In this document: one piece after another, positions 1 through 11,681 of the stretch | How the letters are laid out: every line of letters starts with the position of its first letter | Position numbering within the stretch: position 1 is the first letter of the stretch | Assembly: GCF_006345805.1 (NCBI RefSeq) | Contig: NC_042998.1 | Coordinates: forward strand, 7,254,001 to 7,318,000 | Source: Octopus sinensis | Lineage: Eukaryota | Direction: 5' to 3' | DNA: 64,000 nt | Notes under the pieces: model-generated | The model's database searches: none | The model's input: the letters and a program-made list of their open reading frames with translations, nothing else | Told to the model about the DNA's origin: nothing | Made by a program: the position numbers and the translations under genes

Positions 1-771
1 TTCAAACTTTGCCTAGGTCAACTTTGCCTTTCATTCTTTCAGAGCCAATGAAATAGGTACCAGTTGAACACTGAGGTTGATGTAATTAACTATCCCCCTC
101 CCCAAAAATTTCAGGCCTTGTGCCTACGACAGGAAGGCTTATTAAGTGTACCATTTTACTTTGTGGATGAGAAATTTTGTCGATATCATGTCACTTTGAT
201 AAAAGTTACATAACAATATGGACAAAACAGCTGCATATTGTTATTGTTTCCTGAAATTTCTTGCATTGCTTTGAAACTAAAGCTTATCTTTCTTTCTTTG
301 TTCTTTCTTTCTATATTTCTTTCTTTCCTTTGTTGTCATTTCTTTCAGAGAATATTTACATTGTTCCGTTAAAATTGCTCGCTCTCAATTTATGATGCTA
401 TATAGTCAAGGTCTTATTGTTGTTGTTGTTGTTTTAAAAATTTTCTTTTGTCAAAATTATCAACATAATACGGCTGTTTAAAGTAGACAATGTTATTGTT
501 GGTTTTTAAAATTGGCTTCATTTAATGTTCTGAGAATTTCATAAGTTTAAGACAGACATCTTTTTATAAAAGCTGCTTACCTGCTATGCTTAGAATGGCT
601 TATGTTGCAATTCTTCTTATTATTATTATTAAAGATGAATGTAAATTTCTTTACCTTCATCAGGCAAAACATTATTACAGTTGTCGTTTAAACAATTTTG
701 TGTTGCCATAAAGAAACATTACTTTACCCCTGTTGTGATGAGTAATTATAAAAGTATTATTTCTAAATAAT

Positions 772-1175
772 ATCATCATTATCATCATCATCATTGTTTA
801 ACGTCCGTTTTCCGCGCTAGCACAGGTTGGACGGTTCGACCGGGATCTGGGAAGCCAGGCGGCTGCACCAGGCTTCAGTCTGATCTGGCAGTGTTTCTAC
901 GGCTGGATTCCCTTCCTAACGCCAACCACTCCGCGAGTGTAGTGGGTGCTTTTTACGTGCCACCGGCACAGGTGCCAGGGGGGGTCTGGCATCGGCCATG
1001 ATCGGTTGGTGCTTTTAACATGCCACCGGCTCGGAAGCCAGCCAAGGCGGCGCTGGCATCGGCCACGTTCGGATGGTGCTTTTTATGTGCCACCGGCACA
1101 GAAGCCAGTCGAGACGGTGCTGGCATCGGCCACGTTCAGATGGTGCTTTTTATGTGCCACCGGCACAGAAGCCTG
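772..1175 (-). mobile_element. RTE-LINE 3'-UTR-derived repeat ('family D') with (GAT)n tail and internal ~60-bp repeats
   Basis: Minus strand reads ...ggcacgtaaaaagcacccactacactc..ggttggcgttaggaaggg.atccagc..gttaaac.atgatgatg. Related copies lie at about 2075-2420, 9189-9468, 10110-10590, 10868-11310, 11490-11680, 13265-13440, 19518-19812, 22770-23104, 36700-36990 and 61877-62415. Confidence 0.75.
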
Positions 1176-1415
1176 GGCCATTATTTATTTGACCCACATC
1201 TAAGGAGTATATCACAAAAATAGTACTACAAAACAGCACTCCAGGAAAAATGTATTATAAGATGAATTTGGGTTGTTGCCATTGTTATTTAGTCATGAGC
1301 AATGCTGGATTAACCATTAAGCAAAATAAGCACATACTTATGGCATCAAGGGAAGTGGGGGCACTACAGAAGTGGTAAATGGTTTATGGCACAAAAGAAA
1401 TCGCTGTAAAATAGC

Positions 1416-1825
1416 AGCAGGAGTGGCTGTGTGGTAAGTAGCTTGTTTACCAACCACATGGTTCTGGGTTCAGTCCCACTGCGTGGCACCTTGGATAAGT
1501 GTCTTCTACTATAGCCTCGGGCTGACCAAAGCCTTGTGAGTGTATTTAGTAGACGGAAACTGAAAGAAGGCCGTCGTATATATGTATATATATGTGTGTG
1601 TGTATATGTTTTTTGTGTGTGTGTTTGTCCCCCTCGACAACCGATACTGGTGTGTTTATGTTGCCGTCACTTAGCGGTTCAGCAAAAGAGACCGATAGAA
1701 TAAGTACTAGGCTTACAAAGAATAAGTCCCGGGGTTGAGTTGCTCGACTAAAGGCGGTGCCCCAGCATGGCCACAGTCAAATGACTGAAACAAGTAAAAG
1801 AGTAAAAGAGTAGAGTAAAAGAGTA
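1416..1825 (+). mobile_element. tRNA-head SINE ('family B') with internal (TA/TG)n and (GAGTAAAA)n tail
   Basis: A-box-like gtggctgtgtggta and B-box-like gggttcagtccc, then a ccttgg..aagtgtc core, internal microsatellite and repetitive tail. About ten near-identical copies in the window. Confidence 0.85.
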
Positions 1826-2664
1826 AACCTGCTAAGGTAATATTTGGGATGCCTTGTCTCTACCAAGTATAGAAACAGATATCTTACATAAGATTCATTT
1901 TGAGAATCTGATCAAAGAATTTTTCAATTAAAAAAATGTAGATGAAAACTTTTCAAATGTAACTCAAGTGGAAGAATACAAAAATGAAAAATATTTCTAT
2001 TAGTTTTGTTTCATTTTGAAAAATAACAATTTATTTTTCAGTTTATTATTGTTTACATTTTGAATTACATATATATCATCATCATCATCATTTAACGTCC
2101 ATTTTCCGTGCTAGCATGGGTTGGACGGTTCAACCGGGGTCTTGGAAGCTAGGAGGCTGCACCAGGCTCCAGTCTGATCCGGCAGAGTTTCTACAGCTGG
2201 ATGCCCTTCCTAATGCCAACCACTCCATGGTTGGGTGCTTTTTACATGCCACCAGTACAGACGCCAGTCAAGACGCCGCTGTCATTGGCCACGCTCAGAT
2301 GGTGCTTTTTACGTGCCACTGGCACGGGTATCAAAACTACAATTTCCATTTGATTTTTATTTTGATGTTGATGTACTTGACTCAATAGGTCTCCTCAAGC
2401 ACAGCAGGTCACCCTGCAATATAAGCACAGCAGGCTGTCCTGCGAGCCATGAACTCACTTCATATATAGGGACACCAAAATCTTTTAAGTCCTTAGGTCC
2501 TCTATGGGTCTTAATCTGACTGAGTAGCCCCATGATAAAAGAAAACGCTCTATCCTTGACTATCATGTCTTAAACTAGATTTCTCTTTTCCATTTTTAAG
2601 ATAGGTAGAATGTAATTTTTTAACCCTTCATCATTCAGATTACTCTGTCAAATCTATTTCTTAT

Positions 2665-3038
2665 TTATTACCTCCACCTTAGCGAAGGCACAGGTATTGT
2701 TTTCAGTCATGTTTGTTTATTTGTTTGTTTGTTTATCCATGGACAAGATCTTTCAAGAACTGCTGAATGGATTCGGATGAAACCTTCAGGGATGTTTGGC
2801 CTTGTAACTGGTATGAGTTGATTAGATTTGGGGATCAATCCTGTACCAGACAAGGATTCTGGATTGTTTTTCCTGTTTTTAATGTAATTTTTGAGAGCGG
2901 TTGGGTTCATTTTTAGTATTTGTGAGAGTAGTTGAGTGTATTTCAGATATTCTCATTTTAAAAATGGTCTCCAGCTAATCGTTGAGAGGACGTTGGTGTT
3001 GCCTTGGCAGAGGTTTGCGCTCTTTGAGTGCTCTTGTT
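2665..3038 (+). mobile_element. Helentron-associated (HINE/DINE-1-like) non-autonomous element
   Basis: 5' subterminal repeat tacctccacc with a nearby partial inverse, (GTTT)n tract, and 3' inverted copy ggcagaggt followed by hairpin gcgctc-ttt-gagtgc, in a T-rich site. Second copy at 23241-23618. Confidence 0.6.
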
Positions 3039-3084
3039 CATATTGTTTTACAAATAGTTAATAGCTTTCTTCAGCTAGACGCAA

Positions 3085-3420
3085 TTAGTAAGGAAAGTAT
3101 AGTTACCAGAGTTGGAGAAACTGGCTGGAGAAAGTTCAGGGACCTACTACTATTGTTGACAACAAAAATGTTTCCCTAAGAATGAAGAGTAGATTGTATG
3201 GCACATGTGTTAGAACTGCAATGCTGCATGGTAATGAATCATGAGCCTTGAATGCAGAGGACTTGAGAAGACTGAAAAGAAATAAAGTGAGCCTACTCCA
3301 CTGGGTGTGCAAAATCAGTGTGCATGAAGGAATTAGTTCAAAAGTACTGAGCGAGAAACTGGGTATGAGAGAAATCAGATGTTGTGTTCAAGAAAGAAGA
3401 CCCTGCTGGTATGGACATAC
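3085..3420 (+). mobile_element. Degenerate RTE-clade LINE ORF fragment
   Basis: Translates with stops and frameshifts to ESIVTRV..GWRKFRDLL..RLYGTCVRTAMLHG.E..NAEDLRRLKRN..RPCWYGH. Homologous to 45610-46130. Confidence 0.75.
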
Positions 3421-3536
3421 TTTTAGAAAGACATTGTAAGGTTGGTGTAAGGAGCCAGATGTGGCCTGTTAGAATATAAAACCTATTTAGAACATAAAAC
3501 AGATATTACAACATAAAACAGAATATTTGTGCCAGA

Positions 3537-3903
3537 TCACCTTGATCACCTTGACCGACCAGTCCGTTGGGCGTCCATTTGACCCCACTGGTCACAGCAT
3601 GCTGTCCACTCCTCTTTGGATTACTACGCCTTCCTCATCCACGAGGTCCCAATCGCCCTCCAAAAATCCTAACTCCACTGTCATTGAGGCCTTCTGAGTG
3701 GTCGTTTCTGCTCATGCGGGTACCACTTGACAACTGCGTGGGTCCACCAATTATCAGTGAGCCGAGTGATGTATCCAGCCCATCTGAACTTGTTGCATGT
3801 ATATTCTACGATGACATCCCTCATGCCGGACTTCCGTCTGATGACCTCGCTACTGATGTGCTCTCTCTCAATGAGATTCCAAGCATTGACCTCTCCATGG
3901 CTT
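3537..3903 (-). mobile_element. RTE-1-like LINE 3' fragment
   Basis: Minus strand gives AMERSMLGISL..IRRKSGMRDVI..KFRWAGYITRLTDNWWTHAVVKWYP..KRPLRRP, with one frameshift, and ends in a (gatcaaggt)n tail. Confidence 0.75.
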
Positions 3904-4227
3904 GCTTAAATGCTAAAGAGTTAAGATAAATAATGATGTAATCTTGAGGGAATTTGACTCTTATTTTTAGTAGGTCAAGCATCTGCATATCTGTGCATAA
4001 GTAATGTTAGACAGGAGGTATTTGTGTTCATAGTTTTATGATGCCATTAATTTTTTTTTTTTACCAATACAAATTGGTTTGATTTTCAGACTTATCAACA
4101 ACACATGTTTAAAATCTATCAGACGTAATCAATAGTTTTGCCATCAAAATTGATTAATAGTTTCTTTCCAATAACACAGAAGTTGTGATACTGGTGATGG
4201 TGATACAGTTGATGTAGTTGCAGCAAC

Positions 4228-4252
4228 TATTATTATTATTATTATTATTATT

Positions 4253-4300
<48 letters not shown>

Positions 4301-4345
4301 TTCATCATCATCATCATCTTCATCATCATCATCATCATCATCATC

Positions 4346-4378
<33 letters not shown>

Positions 4379-4500
4379 TTCCTCATCATCATCATCATCA
4401 TCATTAACATCTTCATCATCATCATCATCATCATCATCATCGTCATTGTTGTTACTGTTGGTGTTGTTGTCATTATCATTATTGTTGTTGTTACTGTTAT
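4228..4500. repeat. Compound (TAT)n(CAT)n(TGT)n microsatellite
   Basis: Directly visible; explains the poly-M and poly-S ORFs. Confidence 0.98.
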
Positions 4501-4851
4501 TTTAAAATAAAATTTTTCAAGATTATCTTACAGTAAATCTTTATGAAGAATATAAATCTTCCAATAATTCCATCTCACAAAAAAAAAACTGACTTCCAGT
4601 TTTTTTCTTCCTCTTTTATTTTATTTTATTTCATTTTATTTTATTTTATGTTTTGCTTCTTTGTTATTTATAAAATTCGATGTCATTCAAAGATGTTATT
4701 CAATCTTTGCCAGAGCAGTAAAATTTCAATCCGTAAAACAAATTAAAGCGAACAATCAGTCAGTTTGATTACTAAATCATCTATCAAGGATGCCTGTTCT
4801 GTGTACTACAATAGTCGTACAAATTCACATGTGTTGTAGAGCAGCAACCAG

Positions 4852-5232
4852 GAGGCGCAATGGCCCAGTGGTTAGGGCAGCGGACTTGCAGTCATAGGAT
4901 TGCGGTTTCGATTCCCAGACCGGGTGTTGTGAGTGTTTATTGAGCAAAAACACCTAAAATCTCCAGGAGGCTCCGACAGGGAGGTGGTGATCCCTGCTGT
5001 ACTCTTTCACCATAACTTTCTCTCACTCTTACTTCCTGTTTCTGTTGTACCTGTATTTCAAAGGGCCGGCCTTGTCACTCTCTGTGTCACGCTGAATATC
5101 CCCGAGAACTACGTTAAGGGTGCATGTGTCTGTGGAGTGCTCAGCCACTTACACGTTAATTTCACAAGCAGGCTGTTCCGTTGATTCGGATCAACCGGAA
5201 CCCTCATCGTCGTAACCGACGGACTGCTTCCA
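4852..5232 (+). mobile_element. tRNA-head SINE ('family A')
   Basis: A box tggcccagtgg and B box ggtttcgattccc. Possible TSD agagcagcaac on both sides. The same head recurs at 17870-18175 (+) and 43830-44110 (-). Confidence 0.8.
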
Positions 5233-5972
5233 TCCAGAGCAGCAACTCAACTGTGTGCCAAAACCATTTATGAAGTACATGTGCATGCTTATCTTGAATA
5301 TTAAATTAAACAGTCAAAGCAGCAGGTTTGATAACTGTAGGAGGAAGTTGAGGTTGGCACTGGATGGGTGCTTCACAATTCCTTACATAGTCGTGGAAAG
5401 GAAAATAGCAGGAACAAGAATCTCCAAACAAATAACAATAATAATTTATTTCGCCTGAATAAACATTTCATTTCTGGACATCGATAGCCTGGATGCCTTG
5501 GTGTGCGGGAAGCTGCAGGGTTGGTAGTTAGACACAAAAATACAAAGGCATTTTCACAGACTTGTAATGTCGCTCGCCATCAGAATTCCAAATGTTAAAC
5601 TATCGTATGTCCAAATTTGGCGAAATGTATGTTTTTTTTTCAATATTTAATTTTGCTTGCAATAGCCGATTCTTTTGGACAAACTATTGTATCTCCAGTG
5701 GCTTCAGATGCCAACATATGAAAATTGTCAAAGTGTCGTACAATGGTTTAGTATTTTTCAAAAGTGTAGTAAGTCCTACGTATCACAGCTTTGCAAAAAT
5801 AATCCTGACTGAAAAAACCATACATTCACGGAGTTACGATTTTATGCCCCCAACAAAGTATTATTGTTAACCTGAAACTGTTGCTAATCTAAAAAGAAAT
5901 GGAATGGTGGAACTATTTTTTCGTTTTCTGAAAAAGCAACATTTTGGACTTGCAGTTTTTTTGCATAATAGT

Positions 5973-6003
<31 letters not shown>

Positions 6004-6007
6004 CATT

Positions 6008-6588
6008 CTCTTTTACTCTTTTATTTGTTTCAATCATTTGACTGTGGCCATGCTAGAGCACTGCCATTACTCGAACAAATCAACCCCAGGACTTATTGTC
6101 TGTAAGCCTAGTACTTATTCTATCGACCTCTTTTGCCGAACTACTGAGTTAAGGGCATGTAAGCACACCGACTTCAGTTGTCAAGCGATGGTGGGGGGAC
6201 AAACACACACATACACATATATATATATGATGAGCTTCTTTCAGTTTCCGTCTACCAAATCCACTCACAAGATTTTGGTTGGCCCAAGGTTTTAGAAGAA
6301 GACACTTGCCCAAGATGTCAAGCAGTGTGACTGAACCCACAACCATGTGGTTGGTAAGCAAGCTACTTACCACACAGCCACTTCTGATATATAATGTATG
6401 TATGTATATATGTATGTATAAAGAACAGGCTGTTTTCAGTTTCTGTTTACCCAATCAACTCACAAAGCTTTGCTCAGCCCAAGGTTACAATAGAAGACAC
6501 TTGCTCAAGGTGCCATGCAGTGGGAGTGAACCTGGAACCATGTGGTTGGGAAGCAGACTTCTTACCACACAGCCATGCCTGCACCTCC

Positions 6589-6590
<2 letters not shown>
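6008..6590 (-). mobile_element. SINE family B, one full copy plus an adjacent 5' half
   Basis: Reverse complement of 1416-1825; the head occurs twice, ending near 6385 and 6585. Confidence 0.8.
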
Positions 6591-6619
<29 letters not shown>

Positions 6620-7774
6620 TATTTCTAATACTAGCACAAGATCATAAATTTTGAAATGAGGGTATAGTTGATTAAATCTACCCCAATAGTTATCTGGTAC
6701 TTAATTTTATTCCTTTCAGAAGGCCAAAAATAATGATGACCTCACAAGGATTTGAACTTACACTTTAATTAATTACAACAAAGGCATTTTGTCTGATGTT
6801 CTAACGATTCTACCAATAACTCTGTAAAATTAAATGCAATGAAATTACTCACTCTTAACTATATTTTTTATGTTATTTCAAAGAGATATAAAAAAAAATG
6901 AAAAAAAAAAGAAAAAAGCAAAGAAAACCACAACACTACTCAAAGCTAATGCCTTTATCAGACAAGGAAAATTGAAGTTGACTGAGATTGAGCAATTAAA
7001 TTGAGTTTTATAGGATAAATGGAAACAAAAACCTAATGCAGCCTCAATTTCAATGACCACATGTGATGCAGAAGAGAGGGAAAAACATTGTGAAAAACAA
7101 AGAATATGCATAGCGAAAAGTGAGCAGAGATAGGATGCAGCCAGAAAGTTCTGAAGAGTAGAATCCATTATAATTTCTACTAAAGTCACAGAGACACACA
7201 AAATAATGATGATGATGATGGGATGTGGGGTTTTAAAGGAAATTTTATTGTTCAGGATCAAAGCCTTTTAATGAAAGTTGTAAAGGATGTCAGTGGTGAG
7301 AGTCATGAGGATTAAACTACATGTTGTGAGATATTTTGGGCATTGTAAAATGTCAATAACCGTTCAGCCCTGAAATGCATTTTCATTTTAAAGTGGCAAC
7401 CTGATGTAGTTGTAGCAAGTGTTAAGGACAAGCAGTTTCCAGAAGAGAAATTGCATTAGAAGTAAACTGGATAATAAATTTTCCGAAAGATGTGGAGAAA
7501 TGGAAAGGTTGTGTTATCTCCATAGAAAAATGCATGTTCCATGAGAACTTACAAAAGTTCACTTTTGAAGAAGACAGTGTCAGAGAGATGATGGATTCTC
7601 TGAGTGCTTGCAAGTTCATAGGATATTAAGAGGACACCATTAGCACCAATGATCCCTTGTTTTAGAATTGAATTGTTTTCTTAAGCTGTACCTTACATAT
7701 ATATATATATATATATATATATTGGTATCCCAGCATGACCACAGTTTTGAAGCTGAGACAATTTAAAGATTTAA

Positions 7775-7847
<73 letters not shown>

Positions 7848-8751
7848 ATATATATGCATATGTGTATATATGTGTGTATATATATATATATGTATGTATA
7901 TATATATGCATATGTTTATATATATATACGTTTAGAACAGTAAATTAAGAGAAAAACTAACATTCCAAAATAATGAAGAATTTTTAATAAAAGTGAGGAG
8001 GAAGAAATGAATAAAGAGTGGGGTAAAGAGTTGAAGCCATTTTAAGAAAGGAAGGATTATTAATTAGCATTTTGGCCACTTTAGAAATACCGAAGGTGAT
8101 TGATATATTATCAAGATCAGAAGAATTGGTTAGTTTTGAAGTGATGGCAAAAATAAAGGGTAATAACTTGTGAGATTAATAAAAGAACAAAGAAAACAAT
8201 AGATTTTGCAGATGAGGAGATTTCACTGAGATCAAAGTAGCAAAACAAAAGTCGGATCTTTGATGGGAGGGTTGATGCTTCATATTTTACAGGAAGTTAA
8301 AAATGATTTCTTTGTAGGGAGATATTTTTCGCTATAAATATTATAGGTTCCTATGGCTAATCATAAGAACCTTTCTTTTCTTCTTATTAATTGTGGGGGG
8401 TCATTAAACTACAGTTCAAAAGAAACATAATTACATTTAATTCAGATGCAGATTAAAAAGTGGTGCAGTTTACTGTGAGATTACCGTGTTCATTTTGAAC
8501 CGATAACAAAAATAAAATTAATTAAAGGTCTCACTGAAAATTTTAGTCCCTTGCAAAAATCTATGATGTGTTGGACTGGCCCATCCATTTCAGAAATTTC
8601 TCGTTACTTTTCTTTCACTGCACACCTACTACACACCTTACTTTGATGCTTTTTATGGCTTAATTAATCTGTAAACGTAACATATTTTAGTGATTATGCT
8701 AAAGAATAAAATTTCCTACTTGGATAGTTTCAAGGTAAATTAAGGCATGTC

Positions 8752-8990
8752 GTTAGTTAGTTAGTTGGTTAATTTTTTGGCTCAAAAAGCAAAAAGCAAG
8801 GCCATGTAGGGAGACATGGAGTTATGTACAGGGTGGTGTTCATGTAAAGAGTTCAGGCCACTTGAGGTCAAGGGAGACTTTGAACCGAGCGGTCGTCGGC
8901 ATCTTCACCATCTCGTCTGGCAGCTTATTCCACGGATCCGCAACCCGGACGGAGAAAGCCTCTCTCCTTCGATTGAGATGAAATCGTCAT
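8752..8990 (-). mobile_element. CR1-clade LINE 3' fragment with (CTAA)n tail
   Basis: Near-identical to 29543-29770. Minus strand encodes FHLNRRREAFSVRVADPWNKLPDEMVKMP. Confidence 0.85.
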
Positions 8991-9135
8991 TGTCTTCTTC
9001 TTCTTCTTCTTCTTCTTCTTAACACTATACCAGGGCTCTCTGGGCCCCATTAGCTTTGTTGAGTCCTCGGTGTTTCATGAAGAGTGTCACTACCAATGAT
9101 ATCGATGTAGTTGAGTGGTGTTTCTCATTTATTAA

Positions 9136-9637
9136 CCCTTTAGTCTTCGGATTACTCTGTCAAATGTAATACCTATTTATTCATATTTCATCATCATCAT
9201 CCTCATCGTTTAACGTCCATTTTCCATGCTAGCATGGGTTGGACGGTTCGACCAGGGTCTGGGAAGCCAGGGGCTGCACCAGGCTCCAGTCTGATCTGGC
9301 AGTGTTTCTACAGCTGGATGCCCTTCCTAACGCCAACCACTCCATGAGTGTAGTGGGTGCTTTTTACGTGCCACCGACACAGGTGCCAGGGGAGTCTGGC
9401 ATCGGCCACGATCGGTTGGTGCTTTTAACATGCCACCGGCACGGAAGCCAGTCAGGCAGCGCTGGCATTTCTAAAAATTAATCAATCATTATCTCATGGC
9501 TTTGAGATATTGAGGATGTGACTGTTTATTTTTAGAATGACATTGTAGGGTATGTGTGAAAAGCTGGATCTAGTCTCTTTGAACATGAAACAGGTAGAAT
9601 CTTTGGGCTATATATGGCTGGTTTAAATGCTAAAGGG
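9136..9637. mobile_element. piggyBac-like MITE (TTAA TSD) containing a family D insertion
   Basis: TTAA|CCCTTTAG ... CTAAAGGG|TTAA, with a family D copy at about 9189-9468 inside it. Confidence 0.75.
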
Positions 9638-10867
9638 TTAAGGTGTGGAAGTCTCCAAAATAAAACATTCAATATGGCCTGACATTCAGCACATCATCAG
9701 TGGCCAGCAAAACCTACCTTGCACTGAGCAACAATTGCAGAGATGGACTGAATATGTCCATAAATCTCCTTTTTGGTCTGGTGTTCATACCATGGGATGT
9801 TCTGAACATACAAGAGAGGGCCTTTAATTAAGAACATTATGCTTTTCATATTTTGGGCAGGGTTAGTAAAATGAGTGACAGCCAAGTATTGGGTTTAAAT
9901 TAAAATTAACAGACTGCACCAATTCTCCAAATTATGTAGCTTTGTGCCTATCTCAGGGATTATTTTTATCATTATTATTATTTTTATTTTGAAGAGAATT
10001 GTTAGAACAAGAGGCAAAATGCTTAGCTATATTTCGTCTGTCTTTAACATTCTGAGTTCAAATTTTGCTGAGGTTGATTTTGCCTTTCTTCCTTATGGGT
10101 ACCAGTTGAACATTATCATCATCATCGTTCAACGTCTGTTTTCCATGCTGGCATGGGTCGGATGGTTTGACTGAGGACTGGCAAGCCAGTAGACTGCACC
10201 AGGTTCCAATCTGATCTGCCAAGTTTTCTACAGCTGGATGCCCTTCCTAACGCCAACCACTCCAAGAGTGTAGTGGGTGCTTTTTACATTCCACCGGCAT
10301 GGAGAGCCAGTCAGGTGGCACTGGCATCGAGCCATGGTTGAATGGTGCACATTATGTGCCACCAGTATGGATGTCAGTCAGGTGGCACTGGCATCGAGCC
10401 ATGGTTGAATGGTGCATATTATGTGCCACCAGCATGGATGCCAGTCAGGTGGCACTGGCATCAGCCATGACTACAATTTCACTTGACTCAACAGGTCTTT
10501 TAAAGCACAGCGTATCACCCAACAATTCAATGGTACTTTTTAATGGGCTGGTTATGCAACACTGGTATTGGCCACGGCTGCAATCTCACTAATCCCTCCT
10601 TTGGAATTGCTAGTCTTGTGCCAAAATTTGAAGCCATTGTTATATTTTGAAGAGCGAGGCAATGTGCTAGCAGAGTTGTTAATATGATGGGCAAAATGCT
10701 TAGTAGTATTTTGTCTGTCTTTATGTATGCTCTGAATTCAAATCCTGCTAAGGTTCACTTTGCTTTTCCTCTTTTAGGGACAATAAAAGAAGTACCAGTT
10801 AAACACAGGGGTCGATGTAATCAACGTAACTCCTCCCCCCAAATTGCTGGTCTTGTGCCAAAATTTG

Positions 10868-11085
10868 AATGGAGGCAAAGTGGCTGAGTTCCTTTCAAGT
10901 GTTGGGCCTCATGGAGGTGAGATGGCCAGGTTCCTTTCATGTGCAGGGCCTCATGGAGGCGAGGTGGCCAGGTTCCTTTCATGTGCAGGGCCTCATGGAG
11001 GCGAGGTGGCCAGGTTCCTTTCATGTGTTGGGCCTCATGGAGGCGAGGTGGCCAGGTTCCTTTCATGTGTGGAGCTTCACAGAGG
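10868..11085 (+). repeat. 42-bp minisatellite (~5 units) at the 5' end of a family D copy
   Basis: Unit gggcctcatggaggcgaggtggccaggttcctttcatgtgca. A degenerate related array lies at 47185-47370. Confidence 0.9.
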
Positions 11086-11647
11086 CAATGACCAAGACCT
11101 TTGGCATTATGCCGTGCTTGAGAAGAAGACCCATCAAGCCAAGCAAAGTCATAATCATGGCAGATACCAGTGTCATGCAAATGGCACCCATGCTGGTGGC
11201 ACATAAAAGCACCCATTACACTCTCGGAGTAGTTGGCGTTAAGAAGGGCATCCAGCTGTAGAAAACCATGCCAAATCAGTCTGGAGCCTGGCACAGCCTT
11301 CCGTTCTACCAAATCCAATTAAAGATAGCCTGAGGCTATAGCAGAAGACACTTGCTGAAGGTGCCACACAGTGGGACTGAACCCAGAACCATGTGGTTGG
11401 TAAGCAAGCTACTTACCACACAGTCACTCGATAGTTTCTTCATAGATTTCATAAGGATTATTAAACATACAATTAAGGTGGTGACATCGCACATAAAAGC
11501 GCCCACTACACTCTCAGAGTAGTTGGTGCTAGGAAGGGCATCCAGCTGTAGAAAATCATGCCAAATCAGACTGGAGCCTGGCACAGCCTTCTAGCTTACC
11601 AGCCTAGTCAAACCATCCAACCCATTCCAGCATAGACAAAAGATGCT

Positions 11648-11681
<34 letters not shown>

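Larger units (their letters stand above)
2624..3920. mobile_element. piggyBac-like MITE interrupted by three later insertions
   Basis: TTAA|ccctt..cattcagattactctgtcaaat at left and taaatgctaaagag|TTAA at right. Internal pieces match the copy at 9136-9637. Confidence 0.6.

Noticed and set aside
4852-4925. tRNA gene
   Set aside because: A and B boxes are present, but I see no complete cloverleaf, and the sequence continues into a repeated SINE body.
10821-11318. ORFs with 14-aa repeats
   Set aside because: They result from a 42-bp minisatellite open on both strands.
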